Assembly: GCA_963674745.2 (NCBI GenBank)
Contig: CAXXDV010000003.1
Location: forward strand, 2,656,853-2,720,852
Direction: 5' to 3'
DNA: 64,000 nt
DNA from: Desulfosudaceae bacterium
GTDB taxonomy: Bacteria; Desulfobacterota; Desulfobacteria; Desulfobacterales; Desulfosudaceae
Positions 30,936-42,204 of this stretch are shown piece after piece. The translations under genes were made by a program, and so were the position numbers. The stretch's first letter is position 1; every line of letters begins with the position of its first letter. The notes below the pieces were generated by a model, which saw nothing but the letters and a program-made list of their open reading frames with translations, was not told where the DNA came from and did no database searches.

Positions 30936-31745
30936 ATGAGCTACGCCACCCTTCTGCTTGACATCACAGACAGCATTGCCGTTATCACCTTGAACCGGCC
31001 GGACAGAATGAACGCCTGGAACGATCAAATGGCCATAGACCTCAGCAATGCCCTGGCCGCCTGCGACAAGAATGACGACGTACGGGCGGTGGTGATTACC
31101 GGTGCAGGACGGGCGTTCTGCGCCGGTTCTGATTTCTTTTCCGGTGACAAAGCCGAGTTTGAAAAAGGCGACGATAACAGCAGCGATCTGCCGCCGAGCT
31201 GGCCCAAGGTCATGCCCTGGCATGTAAGAAAGCCCGTACTGGCCGCCATTAACGGTCATGCCATCGGCGTCGGCATTACCTTTCCCATGACCTGCGATAT
31301 CCGCTTTGTGGCCGAGGAAGCCAAGGTCCAGTTCGCCTTTGTCCGCCGAGGCGTCCTGCCCGAACTGGCCTCACATGTGATTGTGCCGCGCATTGCCGGA
31401 TTCTCCAATGCCGCCGACCTGCTGCTGACCGGACGCATGATCAGCGGCCGGGAACTGGCCGACATGGGGCTGGCCTCTGCGGCCCTTCCCGTGGACCAGG
31501 TGCTCGAGGCAACTATCGACCGGGCCAGAGAAACCATCAAGGCTGCGCCGGTTTCCGTGGCAATGTCCAAACGTCTGCTCTGGGAAGGTCTTACCATGCC
31601 CGTGGAGGACATGCTCCGCCGGGAAGTACCGCTGTTTTTCCATGCCGCCGAGCAGGACGACGCCATCGAGGGCTTTTCTTCTTTTCTGGAGAAAAGGGAT
31701 CCAATCTGGAAGCTGAAGGCCGGCAAAGATATGCCGGACATGTAG
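30936..31745 (+). CDS. Enoyl-CoA hydratase/isomerase
   Basis: LNRPDRMNA, GRAFCAGSD, AAINGHAIGVG. Confidence 0.9.
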   Translation: MSYATLLLDITDSIAVITLNRPDRMNAWNDQMAIDLSNALAACDKNDDVRAVVITGAGRAFCAGSDFFSGDKAEFEKGDDNSSDLPPSWPKVMPWHVRKPVLAAINGHAIGVGITFPMTCDIRFVAEEAKVQFAFVRRGVLPELASHVIVPRIAGFSNAADLLLTGRMISGRELADMGLASAALPVDQVLEATIDRARETIKAAPVSVAMSKRLLWEGLTMPVEDMLRREVPLFFHAAEQDDAIEGFSSFLEKRDPIWKLKAGKDMPDM

Positions 31746-31924
31746 TCCGGCTTTCTTTTCCTGGAGAAAGGATGCGCTGCAACGGCCAGGAAAAATTTGT
31801 TGTCATCTGCACTTCATCAAAGCCACGGTATTGACTTCACCCACCGGATACGATTAAAATATTAAGAAATATCCTCTTGGGGAGAGGGCATACTGTTAAA
31901 AAAAAGAATACGGGAGAAAAGATA

Positions 31925-32179
31925 ATGTCTCCGACATATCGCGAAATTCCAACCCACCTTCGATGTTTTTACTGCGGGTGTGACAGGGCGCTATCAAAAT
32001 ACAGCGGACGCGCCCCGCTTAATTGCGATCCATCGCTTTTCCGGCACACACAGGACCCGTCAATGCCTTTTCACAGCATTGCCTGCCCTTGCGGCCATTA
32101 TACGAGCTATGGCCACATCGATGTCCATGATAAAAGCCTAGAATTAAAGAAGTTAAAAAACAAAACCGAAAAAGATTAG
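31925..32179 (+). CDS. Small putative zinc-binding protein
   Basis: GGGAG RBS; CFYC...CPCGH. Confidence 0.5.
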   Translation: MSPTYREIPTHLRCFYCGCDRALSKYSGRAPLNCDPSLFRHTQDPSMPFHSIACPCGHYTSYGHIDVHDKSLELKKLKNKTEKD

Positions 32180-32199
32180 AAAAGGAACAGCAGCCCCCC

Positions 32200-34473
32200 T
32201 TATAGCAATGCCAGCTGCTGGTTCTCGAGAATTTCCACCCGGTCCACGTTCTGAAATCCCCTGGGCAATTTTCTGCCGCGCTGGCCGCGCTTACCCTTGA
32301 ATGCCTCAAGGTTTCCCGGCTTGAGTGTCAGTGTGCGTTTTCCCGCAAACAACGTGAAATCATGCCCGAGCGGCAGTATGAATAAATGGGTTATATGGTC
32401 TTTCCGGCTCGCAATATCCTTGGGCGGAATCTGAATAATCTTGTTCCCTTTCCCCCGGGGGAGCACCGGCATCTCGTTTAACGGGAAAAGAAGCATGCGG
32501 CCTTCTCTGGTAATGGCGACAAGCTGATCAGACGCCTGGTTCGTGATAAATACGGGTTGTAAAACCCGGCCGCCTTTGGGAATGGTAATCAGGGCTTTGC
32601 CGTTTCTGTTTTTGGTATAAAGATTGGACAATTCGGAAATAAACCCGTAACCGGCATCACTTCCCAGAAAAAGCAGGCATTCCGGATCTCCGGTCAAAGC
32701 CGTTTCAAAGGTCTGGCCCGGCGGAAGGTTAAAATGACCGCTCAATGGTTCGCCCTGTCCCCTGGCCGATGGCAAGGCATGGGGGCTGATTGAGTAACTT
32801 CGGCCGGATGAATCGATGAACACCGCCAGCTGATTGCTTTTACCCAGGGCAGCGGTTTTAAAACTGTCACCGGATCTGTAATTCAGTTTTTCGCCGTCAA
32901 TCTCATGGCCTTTGCCTAGCCGGACCCAGCCGTTTTTGGACATGATGATCGTGACCGGCTCCACCGGCTTGATCTCTTCCTGGCTCAAGGCCTTGGCCTC
33001 TTCCCTGGTTTTGATGGGCGACCGTCTGTCATCACCAAAGGCCTTTGCATCCGCCTTGATTTCTTTTCTGATCAATGATTTTAAACGCGCCTTGGAATTC
33101 AATATCTTTTCCAGTTCATCCCGTTCTGTTGACAGTTTGTCGAGTTCTCCCTTGATCTTAATTTCTTCCAGTTTGGCCAGATGACGCAGCTTCATTTCCA
33201 GGATGGCTTCAGCCTGGCGATCGCTCAATTTGAATTTCTTCATGAGCACGGGTTTGGGTTCATCCTCACGCCGGATGATGGCAATGACCTCATCGATATT
33301 GAGATAAGCGACCAACAGCCCTTCAAGCACGTGGATTCTTTCCCGGACCTTGTTCAGCCGGTACTGTAATCTTCTGGTGACAATATCTTTCCTGAATTCC
33401 AGCCACTCGGTTAAAAGCGTCGACAGGTCATAGACCCTGGGCCGCCCGGACAGGCCGATGACATTGATGTTCACCCGATAGGTTTTCTCCAGATCGGTGG
33501 TAGCAAAAAGATGGGCCATCAAGGCCTCTTTATCCACCCGGTTCGATCTGGGAACGATAATCAGCCGGGTCGGATCTTCATGATCGGATTCGTCGCGTAA
33601 ATCCTCGATCATGGGAAGCTTTTTTTTCTGCATCTGGGCGGCGATCTGTTCCAGTACTTTTGCGCCCGACACCTGATGGGGGAGCGCGGAGATAACGATA
33701 TCCCCGTTTTCACAATCAAAAACCGCCCGCATTCTGAGGCTGCCGGTGCCCGTTTTGTACATTTCAGCCAACTGGTCTTTGGGGGTAATGATCTCCGCGT
33801 CGGTGGGAAAGTCCGGTCCCTTGACAAATTCGCACAGGTCTTCAACCGACGCATCGGGATGATCGAGAAGATGAATCAGGGCATCCGCCACCTCACGAAG
33901 ATTGTGCGGCGGAATATCCGTTGCCATGCCCACAGCGATACCCGTTGAGCCGTTTAAAAGCACATTGGGCAGCCTGGCCGGCAGGATGCACGGTTCATCC
34001 AGGGTACCATCAAAATTGGGAATCCAATCAACTGTGCCCTGCCCCAGTTCGGCCAGCAACGTCTCCGAGTACCGGGTAAGCCGGGACTCCGTGTAACGCA
34101 TGGCGGCAAAGGATTTCGGATCGTCCGGTGATCCCCAGTTGCCCTGGCCGTCAATCAGGTGATAGCGGTAGGAAAAAGACTGGGCCATCAGCACCATGGC
34201 TTCGTAACAGGCGGAATCCCCGTGGGGGTGGAATTTACCGATCACATCCCCGACGGTTCTGGCGGATTTTTTAAACTTGGCCGTGGCCTTCAGGCCGAGT
34301 TCGCTCATGGCATAGATGATCCGCCGCTGGACGGGTTTCAAGCCGTCACCGATATTGGGCAGGGCCCGGTCCAGAATGACGTACATCGAGTATTCAAGAT
34401 AGGCTTTTTCAGAAAAAACCTGAATCGGAATTTGTTCAACGCCCTCTATCTGTACTAAATCAGTTTGTTCCAT
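32200..34473 (-). CDS. parC: DNA topoisomerase IV subunit A
   Basis: [41 protein letters not shown]. Confidence 0.95.
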   Translation of the reverse strand: MEQTDLVQIEGVEQIPIQVFSEKAYLEYSMYVILDRALPNIGDGLKPVQRRIIYAMSELGLKATAKFKKSARTVGDVIGKFHPHGDSACYEAMVLMAQSFSYRYHLIDGQGNWGSPDDPKSFAAMRYTESRLTRYSETLLAELGQGTVDWIPNFDGTLDEPCILPARLPNVLLNGSTGIAVGMATDIPPHNLREVADALIHLLDHPDASVEDLCEFVKGPDFPTDAEIITPKDQLAEMYKTGTGSLRMRAVFDCENGDIVISALPHQVSGAKVLEQIAAQMQKKKLPMIEDLRDESDHEDPTRLIIVPRSNRVDKEALMAHLFATTDLEKTYRVNINVIGLSGRPRVYDLSTLLTEWLEFRKDIVTRRLQYRLNKVRERIHVLEGLLVAYLNIDEVIAIIRREDEPKPVLMKKFKLSDRQAEAILEMKLRHLAKLEEIKIKGELDKLSTERDELEKILNSKARLKSLIRKEIKADAKAFGDDRRSPIKTREEAKALSQEEIKPVEPVTIIMSKNGWVRLGKGHEIDGEKLNYRSGDSFKTAALGKSNQLAVFIDSSGRSYSISPHALPSARGQGEPLSGHFNLPPGQTFETALTGDPECLLFLGSDAGYGFISELSNLYTKNRNGKALITIPKGGRVLQPVFITNQASDQLVAITREGRMLLFPLNEMPVLPRGKGNKIIQIPPKDIASRKDHITHLFILPLGHDFTLFAGKRTLTLKPGNLEAFKGKRGQRGRKLPRGFQNVDRVEILENQQLALL

Positions 34474-34532
34474 TTTTTAATGCACTCGTAAGTTTGTATG
34501 GAAAAATAAAAAATTCCTTCTTAAGAGGATCT

Positions 34533-36467
34533 CTAGATGTCCGTCAACGTATCCAAAAGGTGCCCCTTGGTTTCAAGCCACTCGCGCCTGTCTTTAGCCC
34601 GGCTTTTTGCCAAAAGCATATCCATCATTTCCGAGGCGTTATCTTCTTCCGCCCGAGACGGGTCCGCAGTTTCCATGGCCTCCGGTATAACCAGTTGAAT
34701 CAGCCGCCGGGTATCCGGGTTCATCGTGGTTTCACGAAGCTGAAGCGGATTCATTTCACCCAGCCCCTTGAAACGCTGTACGTTTACTTTGGCCCCGTTT
34801 TTTTCTTCTGCCGTGATGCGATCGATGATGCCCTGCTTTTCCGCATCATCTAAGGCATAAAACACCTTTTTCCCCACATCGATCCGGTATAACGGCGGCA
34901 TGGCCACAAAGACGTGTCCTTTTTCCACCAATGGCCTGAAGTGCTTAAGAAACAAGGCGCAAATCAGGGTGGCGATATGAAGGCCATCCGAGTCGGCGTC
35001 CGCCAGGATACAGATTTTTCCGTATCGTAACCCCTCCAGATTAAAAGAGGCCGGGTCGATTCCGATGGCCACCGAAATATCATTGATCTCTTTGGAGCTT
35101 AAAATATCGGCGGACTGGGATTCCCAGGTGTTCAGTATTTTTCCCCGAAGCGGCATAATCGCCTGGAATTGACGGTCCCTGGCCTGTTTGGCCGATCCGC
35201 CGGCCGAATCACCTTCCACCAGGAACAGCTCGGTCCTTGAGGCGTCCTGGGAAACGCAGTCGGCCAGTTTGCCCGGCAGGGCGGGACCGCTCACGACCCG
35301 TTTACGCGCGACCTTTTTGCTGGCCTGTAACCGTTTCTGGGCACTGGTAATTATAATTTCAGCCAGTTGCTCACCGATGTCGGTATTCTTGTTAAGCCAC
35401 AGGCTGAACGCGTCTTTGACCACTCCGGACACAAAAACCGAACACTGCCGGGAGGTCAGCCGCTCCTTGGTCTGACCGGAAAATTGCGGGTCCTTGAGCT
35501 TGACGGACAGCACATAGCTGCATTTGTCCCAGATATCCTCGGGGGACAGCTTGATTCCCCTGGGCAACAACTTTCTGAATTCGCAAAACTCCCTGATGGC
35601 GGAAAGCAGGCCGGTACGAAACCCGTTGACATGGGTGCCGCCCTGAGAGGTCGGAATCAGGTTGACATAGCTCTCCATGACCGGCTCCCCGCCTTCCGGA
35701 AGCCATGTCACCGCCCAGGCGGCCATTTCTTCATTTCCGGAAAAATCACCGGTAAAGGGGTCTGTGGGGATGGTATTAAACTCGGCCAGACTTTCAACCA
35801 GATAGTCCTTGAGCCCGTCCTGAAAACACCATTCTTCTTTTTCCTTTGTGGCTTCATTGAAAAACGTGACCGTCAGCCCGGGGCACAACACGGCTTTGGC
35901 TCTGAGCACATGTTTGAGACCGCGCACGGAAAATTTGGGGTATTCAAAATATTTAGGATCCGGCCAGAACCGGACCGTCGTGCCGGTGTTTCTTTTGCCG
36001 ACCGTCTGGACGACTTCCAGGTCTCTGGTTTTCAAACCGTTTTCAAAAACCATAAGGTACTGTTCGCTATCCCGCTTGATATAGACTTCCAGTTTTGAAG
36101 ACAGGGCATTGACTACGGAAACCCCCACCCCGTGAAGACCGCCGGAGAACTGGTAGTTTTTGTCCGAAAATTTGGCCCCGGCATGCAGGCGGGTCATGAT
36201 CAACTCGACCCCGGAAATTTTTTCTTCCGGATGTATATCGACCGGCATGCCCCGGCCGTTGTCGGACACTTCAAGAGAGTTGTCCTTGTGAAGGATGACG
36301 TCGACCTTGTTCGCAAACCCGGCAATGGCCTCGTCCACACTGTTATCAATGGCTTCCTGCCCCAGGTGATTGGGCCGCTGGGTATCGGTATACATGCCGG
36401 GCCTTCTTTTTACAGGCTCAAGACCCTTTAAAACCTCAATGGATTCAGCATTATAGTCTGTACTCAT
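34533..36467 (-). CDS. parE: DNA topoisomerase IV subunit B
   Basis: RRPGMYTD, DNGRGMPVD, SGGLHGVG, EGDSAGGS, PLRGKILN, DADSDG; start MSTDYNAES. Confidence 0.95.
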   Translation of the reverse strand: MSTDYNAESIEVLKGLEPVKRRPGMYTDTQRPNHLGQEAIDNSVDEAIAGFANKVDVILHKDNSLEVSDNGRGMPVDIHPEEKISGVELIMTRLHAGAKFSDKNYQFSGGLHGVGVSVVNALSSKLEVYIKRDSEQYLMVFENGLKTRDLEVVQTVGKRNTGTTVRFWPDPKYFEYPKFSVRGLKHVLRAKAVLCPGLTVTFFNEATKEKEEWCFQDGLKDYLVESLAEFNTIPTDPFTGDFSGNEEMAAWAVTWLPEGGEPVMESYVNLIPTSQGGTHVNGFRTGLLSAIREFCEFRKLLPRGIKLSPEDIWDKCSYVLSVKLKDPQFSGQTKERLTSRQCSVFVSGVVKDAFSLWLNKNTDIGEQLAEIIITSAQKRLQASKKVARKRVVSGPALPGKLADCVSQDASRTELFLVEGDSAGGSAKQARDRQFQAIMPLRGKILNTWESQSADILSSKEINDISVAIGIDPASFNLEGLRYGKICILADADSDGLHIATLICALFLKHFRPLVEKGHVFVAMPPLYRIDVGKKVFYALDDAEKQGIIDRITAEEKNGAKVNVQRFKGLGEMNPLQLRETTMNPDTRRLIQLVIPEAMETADPSRAEEDNASEMMDMLLAKSRAKDRREWLETKGHLLDTLTDI

Positions 36468-36792
36468 AGCAATTGTCCGTATCGCTTCGGATATGGCCTC
36501 ACCCACTGTCGGGCAAGGCCGGGTTACATGGTGCATCGGTCAAGCATCATATGCGCATCGTTCTTGTTTTTCAAACCAAATTTTATGAGGGAAATGCATC
36601 AGAAACCGGTTGACGGACGGAATATCGACAGTAATCGAATGGTTATCATCTAGATGGCATCAGATCTGCGGTATTGATTTCATCACTCATTTAGGATTAA
36701 ATGTTTTTAGAACGTAGAGGTCTGAGTGCGAATCATAACCATTTAAAAATATAATATGTATTAAATTGTAATGATCAAAAACGGAGACGACA

Positions 36793-37290
36793 ATGAAACA
36801 TTTAGACCATATGGCCGTGGCCGAAGAAGCCATGGCGAAAATAAGCAAGGGGGGGTTTTTAACCGTCATGGCGAACGGGCAGCTTAATACCATGACCATT
36901 GGCTGGGCCATGCTGGGGAATGTATGGTTCAAATCCGTGATGATGGTCGCCGTCCGTAATACCAGGCACACCTTCGGCATCATCGAAAAGGCGGCTGATT
37001 TTACGGTGTCTGTTCCCGCAGACAAAATGGCAGAAGAGATCGGCTTTTGCGGCACCAAATCCGGCCGGGATTATGACAAGTTCAAGGAATGCGGCCTGAC
37101 AGAGGCGCCGGCCCAGAAAACCGTTTCACCGGTCATCAACGTGCCGGGCATCCACTTTGAATGCAAAATCATCTATAAATCCGCCATGGACCCGGCCTTC
37201 CTGGATGCCGCCTTAAATCAGAAAATCTACCCCCAAAAGGATTTTCACACACTCTATTTCGGGGAAATCGCTGCCTGCTATGAGATTTAG
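36793..37290 (+). CDS. Flavin reductase-like (flavoredoxin) protein
   Basis: NTMTIGW, FCGTKSGRDYDK, HTLYFGEI. Confidence 0.85.
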   Translation: MKHLDHMAVAEEAMAKISKGGFLTVMANGQLNTMTIGWAMLGNVWFKSVMMVAVRNTRHTFGIIEKAADFTVSVPADKMAEEIGFCGTKSGRDYDKFKECGLTEAPAQKTVSPVINVPGIHFECKIIYKSAMDPAFLDAALNQKIYPQKDFHTLYFGEIAACYEI

Positions 37291-37337
37291 TGTGGACTTT
37301 TCTTTGACGCAAAGAAACGTACAATAAAAAAGAAAAA

Positions 37338-37895
37338 TTATTCCCAGGTAATCTCAAACGTTGTTATGGGTGAGCCTTCCCACTGCCTGGCGAGAATTAA
37401 TACGTTGCCGTTTTTCCCACCGTTCATTTCGACCAGTTTTTCAAACATGCCTGCCAGCTGGTGACAGTAGGGTACATTATTCCTGTCCTCAGAACTGTAT
37501 TCATGATGGACTTTGACCTTGTTTGTGTCTACTTCCTCGAACTGCAGGGAACTGAAATTAAAAAAGCTGCTATAGGTGAGAACGAACTTGCGTAATGCCT
37601 GATGCGGGTCCTGGATTTTCACCAGGGACACATATGTGGTTTCAAAAAGTGTTTGGGCCATTATCTGGCCGTTGATGCGTGCCATCTCAAGGTCGCCTTT
37701 TCCGACCACATTGAACGCGGCCCAGCCCAATCTGGAATAAAAATCAAATGGATACCATTTTGCGGACAAAATAATCGAGTGGATGATGTCCCAATCCTCA
37801 GGTTGCATATAAGCGTCCCAATCAAGATCTTTATTGGATCGAATCATGCGTACATAATCAATCAACATGGACCCCTTAACCTTTTTTTCTTCCAC
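37338..37895 (-). CDS. Hypothetical protein (DUF2378-like)
   Basis: KVKG...IL..KWYP pattern; GTG start with GAGAGG RBS. Confidence 0.55.
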   Translation of the reverse strand: MEEKKVKGSMLIDYVRMIRSNKDLDWDAYMQPEDWDIIHSIILSAKWYPFDFYSRLGWAAFNVVGKGDLEMARINGQIMAQTLFETTYVSLVKIQDPHQALRKFVLTYSSFFNFSSLQFEEVDTNKVKVHHEYSSEDRNNVPYCHQLAGMFEKLVEMNGGKNGNVLILARQWEGSPITTFEITWE

Positions 37896-37936
37896 GATTA
37901 ACCTCTCTTCTAATGGGTGGATCTTAACGGCCACCA

Positions 37937-39262
37937 TCACAGGCGAATGTTGAAAAGTTTTATGAAACATTCGGGTTCAGGTTCGGTGCTAGTAATAAAA
38001 CAAAAGCCCCCGCTACTACTTTCATCGGTGTTTTCAATATTAACACTACAGGTGTCAGTATCTACCAGTCCACCTGAATCCGTAACCGTTAGCTCAAAGG
38101 TCAGAGCAACACCTTCGGCACTCACATCCGGTGCCGTAAAAGTCGGCTGAACAGCAGTTGCGTTTGAGAGAGTTACACTGGGGCCGACAGTTTGCCGCCA
38201 TTGGTAGCCGGCAATGCCGTCATCCGGATCAAAAGAATTGCTGCCGTCAAGCGTTACCGTTGTTTCTTCGGCTACTGCCTGGACGGGCCCGGCATTGGCC
38301 GTGGGTGGGATATTGTTCCAGGTGACATTAACCGTACAGGTGTCAGTATCTACCAGTCCACCTAAATCCGTAACCGTCAATTCAAATGTCAAGGCAGCGC
38401 CATCAGCATTCACATCCGGTGCCAAGAAACTAGGCTGAACAGCCGTTGCGTTTGAGAGGGTTACACTGGGACCGCTGGTTTGCCGCCATTGGTAGGCTGC
38501 AATACCATCATCCGGATCAAAAGAATTGCTGCCGTCAAGCGTTACCGTTGTTTCTTCGGCAACTGTCTGGACAGGCCCGGCATTCGCCGTGGGTGGGACA
38601 TTGTTCCAGGTGACATTAACTGTACAGGTGTCAGTATCTGTAAGTCCGCCTGAATCCGTAACCGTTAGCTCAAAGGTCAGAGCAACACCTTCGGCACTCA
38701 CGTCCGGTGCCGTAAAAGTCGGCTGAACAGCAGTTGCGTTTGAGAGAGTTACACTGGGGCCGCTGATTTGCCACCATTGGTAGGCAACAATGCCATCATC
38801 CGGATCAAAAGAATTGCTGCCGTCAAGGACTACAGTTTCTTCTTCAAACACTGTCTGGTCGGTTCCGGCATTGGCCGTGGGGGGCTGATTATCTATTCCC
38901 TCTTGATATACAGTGAAAATTTCACCGCTAATGTTTATGGTCCCGCTTCTGGCTAGGCCGGTGTTCACGGATACGGAATAGTAGATGGTAATAGAACAAT
39001 TGGTTAAATCAAGGCCGTTACCCCGTACCCCGGAGTGAGTTATCCAGTCGGCGTTGTACACCCAGGAAGGGTCAAGTCCAACATGCTCAATACTGCCGTC
39101 GCCGCCGCTGGCCGGAAAGTATGCATCGGTCGGGCCGACTATCCCTGCCGCTGATTGATTCGCTTGGATTAACAGTATGAGCATAAGTAAACAGATTGAA
39201 GATTTGATTACCAGCACTCGTTTTTTTTGCATTATCAATTTCCCCGTGGATTTTTCAGACAC
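37937..39262 (-). CDS. Secreted protein with three PKD-like repeats and a C-terminal GGxCFI motif
   Basis: Signal peptide; three 96-aa PPTANAG...LDGSNSFDPDDGI..YQW repeats with a 288-bp period; SSSGGFCFI tail. Confidence 0.8.
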   Translation of the reverse strand: MSEKSTGKLIMQKKRVLVIKSSICLLMLILLIQANQSAAGIVGPTDAYFPASGGDGSIEHVGLDPSWVYNADWITHSGVRGNGLDLTNCSITIYYSVSVNTGLARSGTINISGEIFTVYQEGIDNQPPTANAGTDQTVFEEETVVLDGSNSFDPDDGIVAYQWWQISGPSVTLSNATAVQPTFTAPDVSAEGVALTFELTVTDSGGLTDTDTCTVNVTWNNVPPTANAGPVQTVAEETTVTLDGSNSFDPDDGIAAYQWRQTSGPSVTLSNATAVQPSFLAPDVNADGAALTFELTVTDLGGLVDTDTCTVNVTWNNIPPTANAGPVQAVAEETTVTLDGSNSFDPDDGIAGYQWRQTVGPSVTLSNATAVQPTFTAPDVSAEGVALTFELTVTDSGGLVDTDTCSVNIENTDESSSGGFCFITSTEPEPECFIKLFNIRL

Positions 39263-39567
39263 TGATATATTGTCTTTGCCTTGTATATCTCATTGCTTTT
39301 ATTATTTAATCATATCGAAGGGTTTTCATTGTATTGACGCATATAGGTGGGAAAATTTCAATCAATCACGATATCCCCCCCCCCAATAAACATGAAAAAT
39401 TTAACAAATTCTATCACATCACACTGGTGAAATCAATGCTGTGGACTTGCTGTAATTTGAAGAAAGGCCGAACTTCTCCCCTGCCCGTTGCAACGCGGCC
39501 CCTGTTGGGACCGGCTTTTTCGGTAATAGTGGGCAGACTGTTTGAGCAAAGTGGTCCGCCTTACAGC

Positions 39568-39694
39568 GTAGGGGCAACCCCCTGTGGTTGCCCTTTAATC
39601 CCAGGGCAGGCACAGGGACCTGCCCCTACAAGGCACAAGACAGAAAAAAATCACAGGGGCCAGCCCCTGCGATGTAGGGACGGTTCGCCCCTAC
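39568..39694. repeat. GTAG-type REP cluster (BIME-like)
   Basis: GTAGGGGCAACCCCCTGTGGTTGCCCT, inverted AGGGCAGGCACAGGGACCTGCCCCTAC and further partial copies. Confidence 0.7.
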
Positions 39695-39708
39695 GGGATA
39701 AAAAAACG

Positions 39709-40629
39709 CTACTGGGACAATCTGTTGATCCAGGCCCAGTTCCGATCCACATCTTTTTGAAAGGCGTCGACGATATGTTGGTTCTCGGGTTTCTGGAGGT
39801 GCTTGAACCGTCCCTGGAGAAACATCCATTCTGCGACCGGCACCTTTTCCTTGGGCGTATAATTGATTTTGTATTGGCCGTCGATCACTTCGTATAACGG
39901 CCAATAATTGGTTTCAACGCCCAGCCGGGCCAGTTCGACCGCCATGTCCGGTCCGATTTTCCAGCCCGGGATGCAGGGACAGTGGATATTGATAAAAGCC
40001 GGGCCGTCGACTTCGATGGCTTTTTTCAGTTTATCGGACAGGTCAACCGGATCATGAATACTGGCCTGGGCCACATAAGGGATATTGTGGGCCACCATTA
40101 TCCGGGTCAGGTCTTTCTTGCTTCCCTGCCGGCCGGCGCTGTTTCTGCCCGTGGGCGTGGTGGTGGTGTTGGCGCCCGGCGGTGTGGCGCTGCTTCGCTG
40201 CACGCCGGTATTCATGTAGGCGCCGTTGTCATAACAGATATAGACCAGGTCGTGACCCCGCTCCATGGCGCCGGAAAGGGACTGAAAGCCGATATCATAG
40301 GTGCCGCCATCCCCGCCTATGGCGATAAACTTATAGGTTTTGGTTATTTTACCGCGTTTTTTCAAGGCCCGGTACATGGTCTCGACACCGCTCATGGAGG
40401 CCCCGGCATTTTCAAAGGCGGTATGAATCCAGGGAATTTTCCAGGCGGAATAGGGAAAAATGGATGAAGCCACCTCAAGGCAGCCGGTGGCATTGCCGGC
40501 GACGATTTCATAGCCGTCGGTCACGCGGGTCAGCATCTTTGTGAATATGGGCACCGGACAGCCCGCGCACATTCTATGCCCGCCCGCGAAAGCGCCTTCT
40601 TTTTGTGCCATTTGCTGTAAGCTGGGCAT
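39709..40629 (-). CDS. porB: Pyruvate/2-oxoacid:ferredoxin oxidoreductase beta subunit
   Basis: GHRMCAGC, TGCLE, GGDGGTYDIG, DNGAYMNTG. Confidence 0.92.
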   Translation of the reverse strand: MPSLQQMAQKEGAFAGGHRMCAGCPVPIFTKMLTRVTDGYEIVAGNATGCLEVASSIFPYSAWKIPWIHTAFENAGASMSGVETMYRALKKRGKITKTYKFIAIGGDGGTYDIGFQSLSGAMERGHDLVYICYDNGAYMNTGVQRSSATPPGANTTTTPTGRNSAGRQGSKKDLTRIMVAHNIPYVAQASIHDPVDLSDKLKKAIEVDGPAFINIHCPCIPGWKIGPDMAVELARLGVETNYWPLYEVIDGQYKINYTPKEKVPVAEWMFLQGRFKHLQKPENQHIVDAFQKDVDRNWAWINRLSQ

Positions 40630-40631
40630 AT

Positions 40632-41813
40632 TTAACCTCCCCTGACATTCAGATAATCAAATACCTTGTCCACCCTGCCGGCTTCAAGATATGACTTGTT
40701 CTCTTCAAAAAGTTGATGAATATCGGACATAAACAGGTCCCTGCCGCCAAGACCGTACATGCGGTTATATACCAGCGGCTTTTCCGCCGCATCGTACAGG
40801 GCCGTCCGTATTTCGCCAAAAAGCGGCCCATAGGCGCCCATGCTTTCGGAACGATCAAGAACGGTCACGATCTTTACCCCCTGGAGCGCCTTTTTAATCT
40901 CCTCATATGGGAAAGGCCGGAATGAACGGATTTTTAACAGCCCGACCTTATCGCCCTTTGCCCGCCGGTCATCGACGACTTCCTTGATCTCTCCGGCAAT
41001 GGAATTGATAGCAATGATCACCCGTTCGGCGTCATCTAATTGATAGGATTCAAAAAGCGCGTATTTTCGGCCGAAGGTTTGATAAAAATCTTCGCTAACC
41101 TGTTCTATGACACGTTTGGCGTTCTGCATGGCCATGTGCTGGGCCCGTTTATGCTCGATGTAATAATCCTGAAGATCAAGAGCGCCCCAGGTGGCGGGAT
41201 TTTCCGTGTCCAGAACCGGATAGGTTGACGTAAATTCTCCAATAAAGGCTTTGACCTGATCATCATCTTCTGTCTGCATGGTCTGGACACAATGAGAAAT
41301 AATAAACCCGTCCATGCAAATCATTACGGGCAGCCGCACATCCATATGCTCGGCGATTTTCGGCGCCATAATCAGGTTGTCATAGGCTTCCTGGTTGTTT
41401 TCGGAATAAAGCTGGATCCAGCCCGCATCACGGGCGCCCATGGAATCGCTGTGGTCGGCGTGGATATTGATCGGCGCCGACAGGGCGCGATTGATCAGCG
41501 TCATTACAACCGGCTGCCGCATACTCGAGGCGATGTAAAGCATCTCCCACATTAGCGCCATACCGGCCGAACTGGTGGCTGTCATGACCCTGCCGCCGGC
41601 GGCGGCAGCGCCGATACAGGCGCTCATGGCGCTGTGCTCACTTTCAACCGGGATCAGTTCCGTATCGACTTTACCGTCCGCGATAAATTGTGAGAAATCC
41701 TCAATCACCTGGGTAGACGGGGTAATCGGAAAGGCGGGGACCACGTCGGGGTTCATCTGACGCATGGCCTCGCTCATTGCCCCGGCACCTGTTATGGCTA
41801 CTATTTTACTCAT
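40632..41813 (-). CDS. porA: Pyruvate/2-oxoacid:ferredoxin oxidoreductase alpha subunit
   Basis: FPITPST, VESEHSAMS, TATSSAG, YGLGGRD. Confidence 0.92.
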   Translation of the reverse strand: MSKIVAITGAGAMSEAMRQMNPDVVPAFPITPSTQVIEDFSQFIADGKVDTELIPVESEHSAMSACIGAAAAGGRVMTATSSAGMALMWEMLYIASSMRQPVVMTLINRALSAPINIHADHSDSMGARDAGWIQLYSENNQEAYDNLIMAPKIAEHMDVRLPVMICMDGFIISHCVQTMQTEDDDQVKAFIGEFTSTYPVLDTENPATWGALDLQDYYIEHKRAQHMAMQNAKRVIEQVSEDFYQTFGRKYALFESYQLDDAERVIIAINSIAGEIKEVVDDRRAKGDKVGLLKIRSFRPFPYEEIKKALQGVKIVTVLDRSESMGAYGPLFGEIRTALYDAAEKPLVYNRMYGLGGRDLFMSDIHQLFEENKSYLEAGRVDKVFDYLNVRGG

Positions 41814-41865
41814 ACCATCTCCATTGACTTTGCCATCTCAATTATGCCTTTTTGCGGCCAGAACA

Positions 41866-42204
41866 TCAGCTGACTTCAGCGACCATCTCTATGGTGATTT
41901 TCTTGCCTTTTTTATTGACCGGACACTCTTTGGCGCAAAGACCGCAACCCTTGCAATGAAAATAGTTGATCTCTGCCACTTCCTTGCGCGGTTTGCCCTG
42001 TTTGGTTGTCCCGTCCTTTAAAATAATGGCGTCTTCCGGACAGAACACCCAGCAAGTCAGGCAATTGATACAATTTTCTTGGTTCCATACGGGCCGGGTC
42101 GTTCTCCAGGTCCCGGTTTCATAGTACCGGGAGTTTCCTCCCTCGGGGACAACACCGCCCAGCGGGAGTTCCTGCCAGTCTTTTAACCTGAACTTATCGC
42201 TCAT
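41866..42204 (-). CDS. porD: Pyruvate/2-oxoacid:ferredoxin oxidoreductase delta subunit (2x[4Fe-4S])
   Basis: TGTWR, CINCLTCWVFCP, CKGCGLCAKECP. Confidence 0.92.
   Translation of the reverse strand: MSDKFRLKDWQELPLGGVVPEGGNSRYYETGTWRTTRPVWNQENCINCLTCWVFCPEDAIILKDGTTKQGKPRKEVAEINYFHCKGCGLCAKECPVNKKGKKITIEMVAEVS

Noticed and set aside
36468..36536. RPCPTVGEAISEA upstream of parE as a dihydrolipoamide dehydrogenase remnant
   Set aside because: The resemblance to HPTLSEA is too short to support a call.
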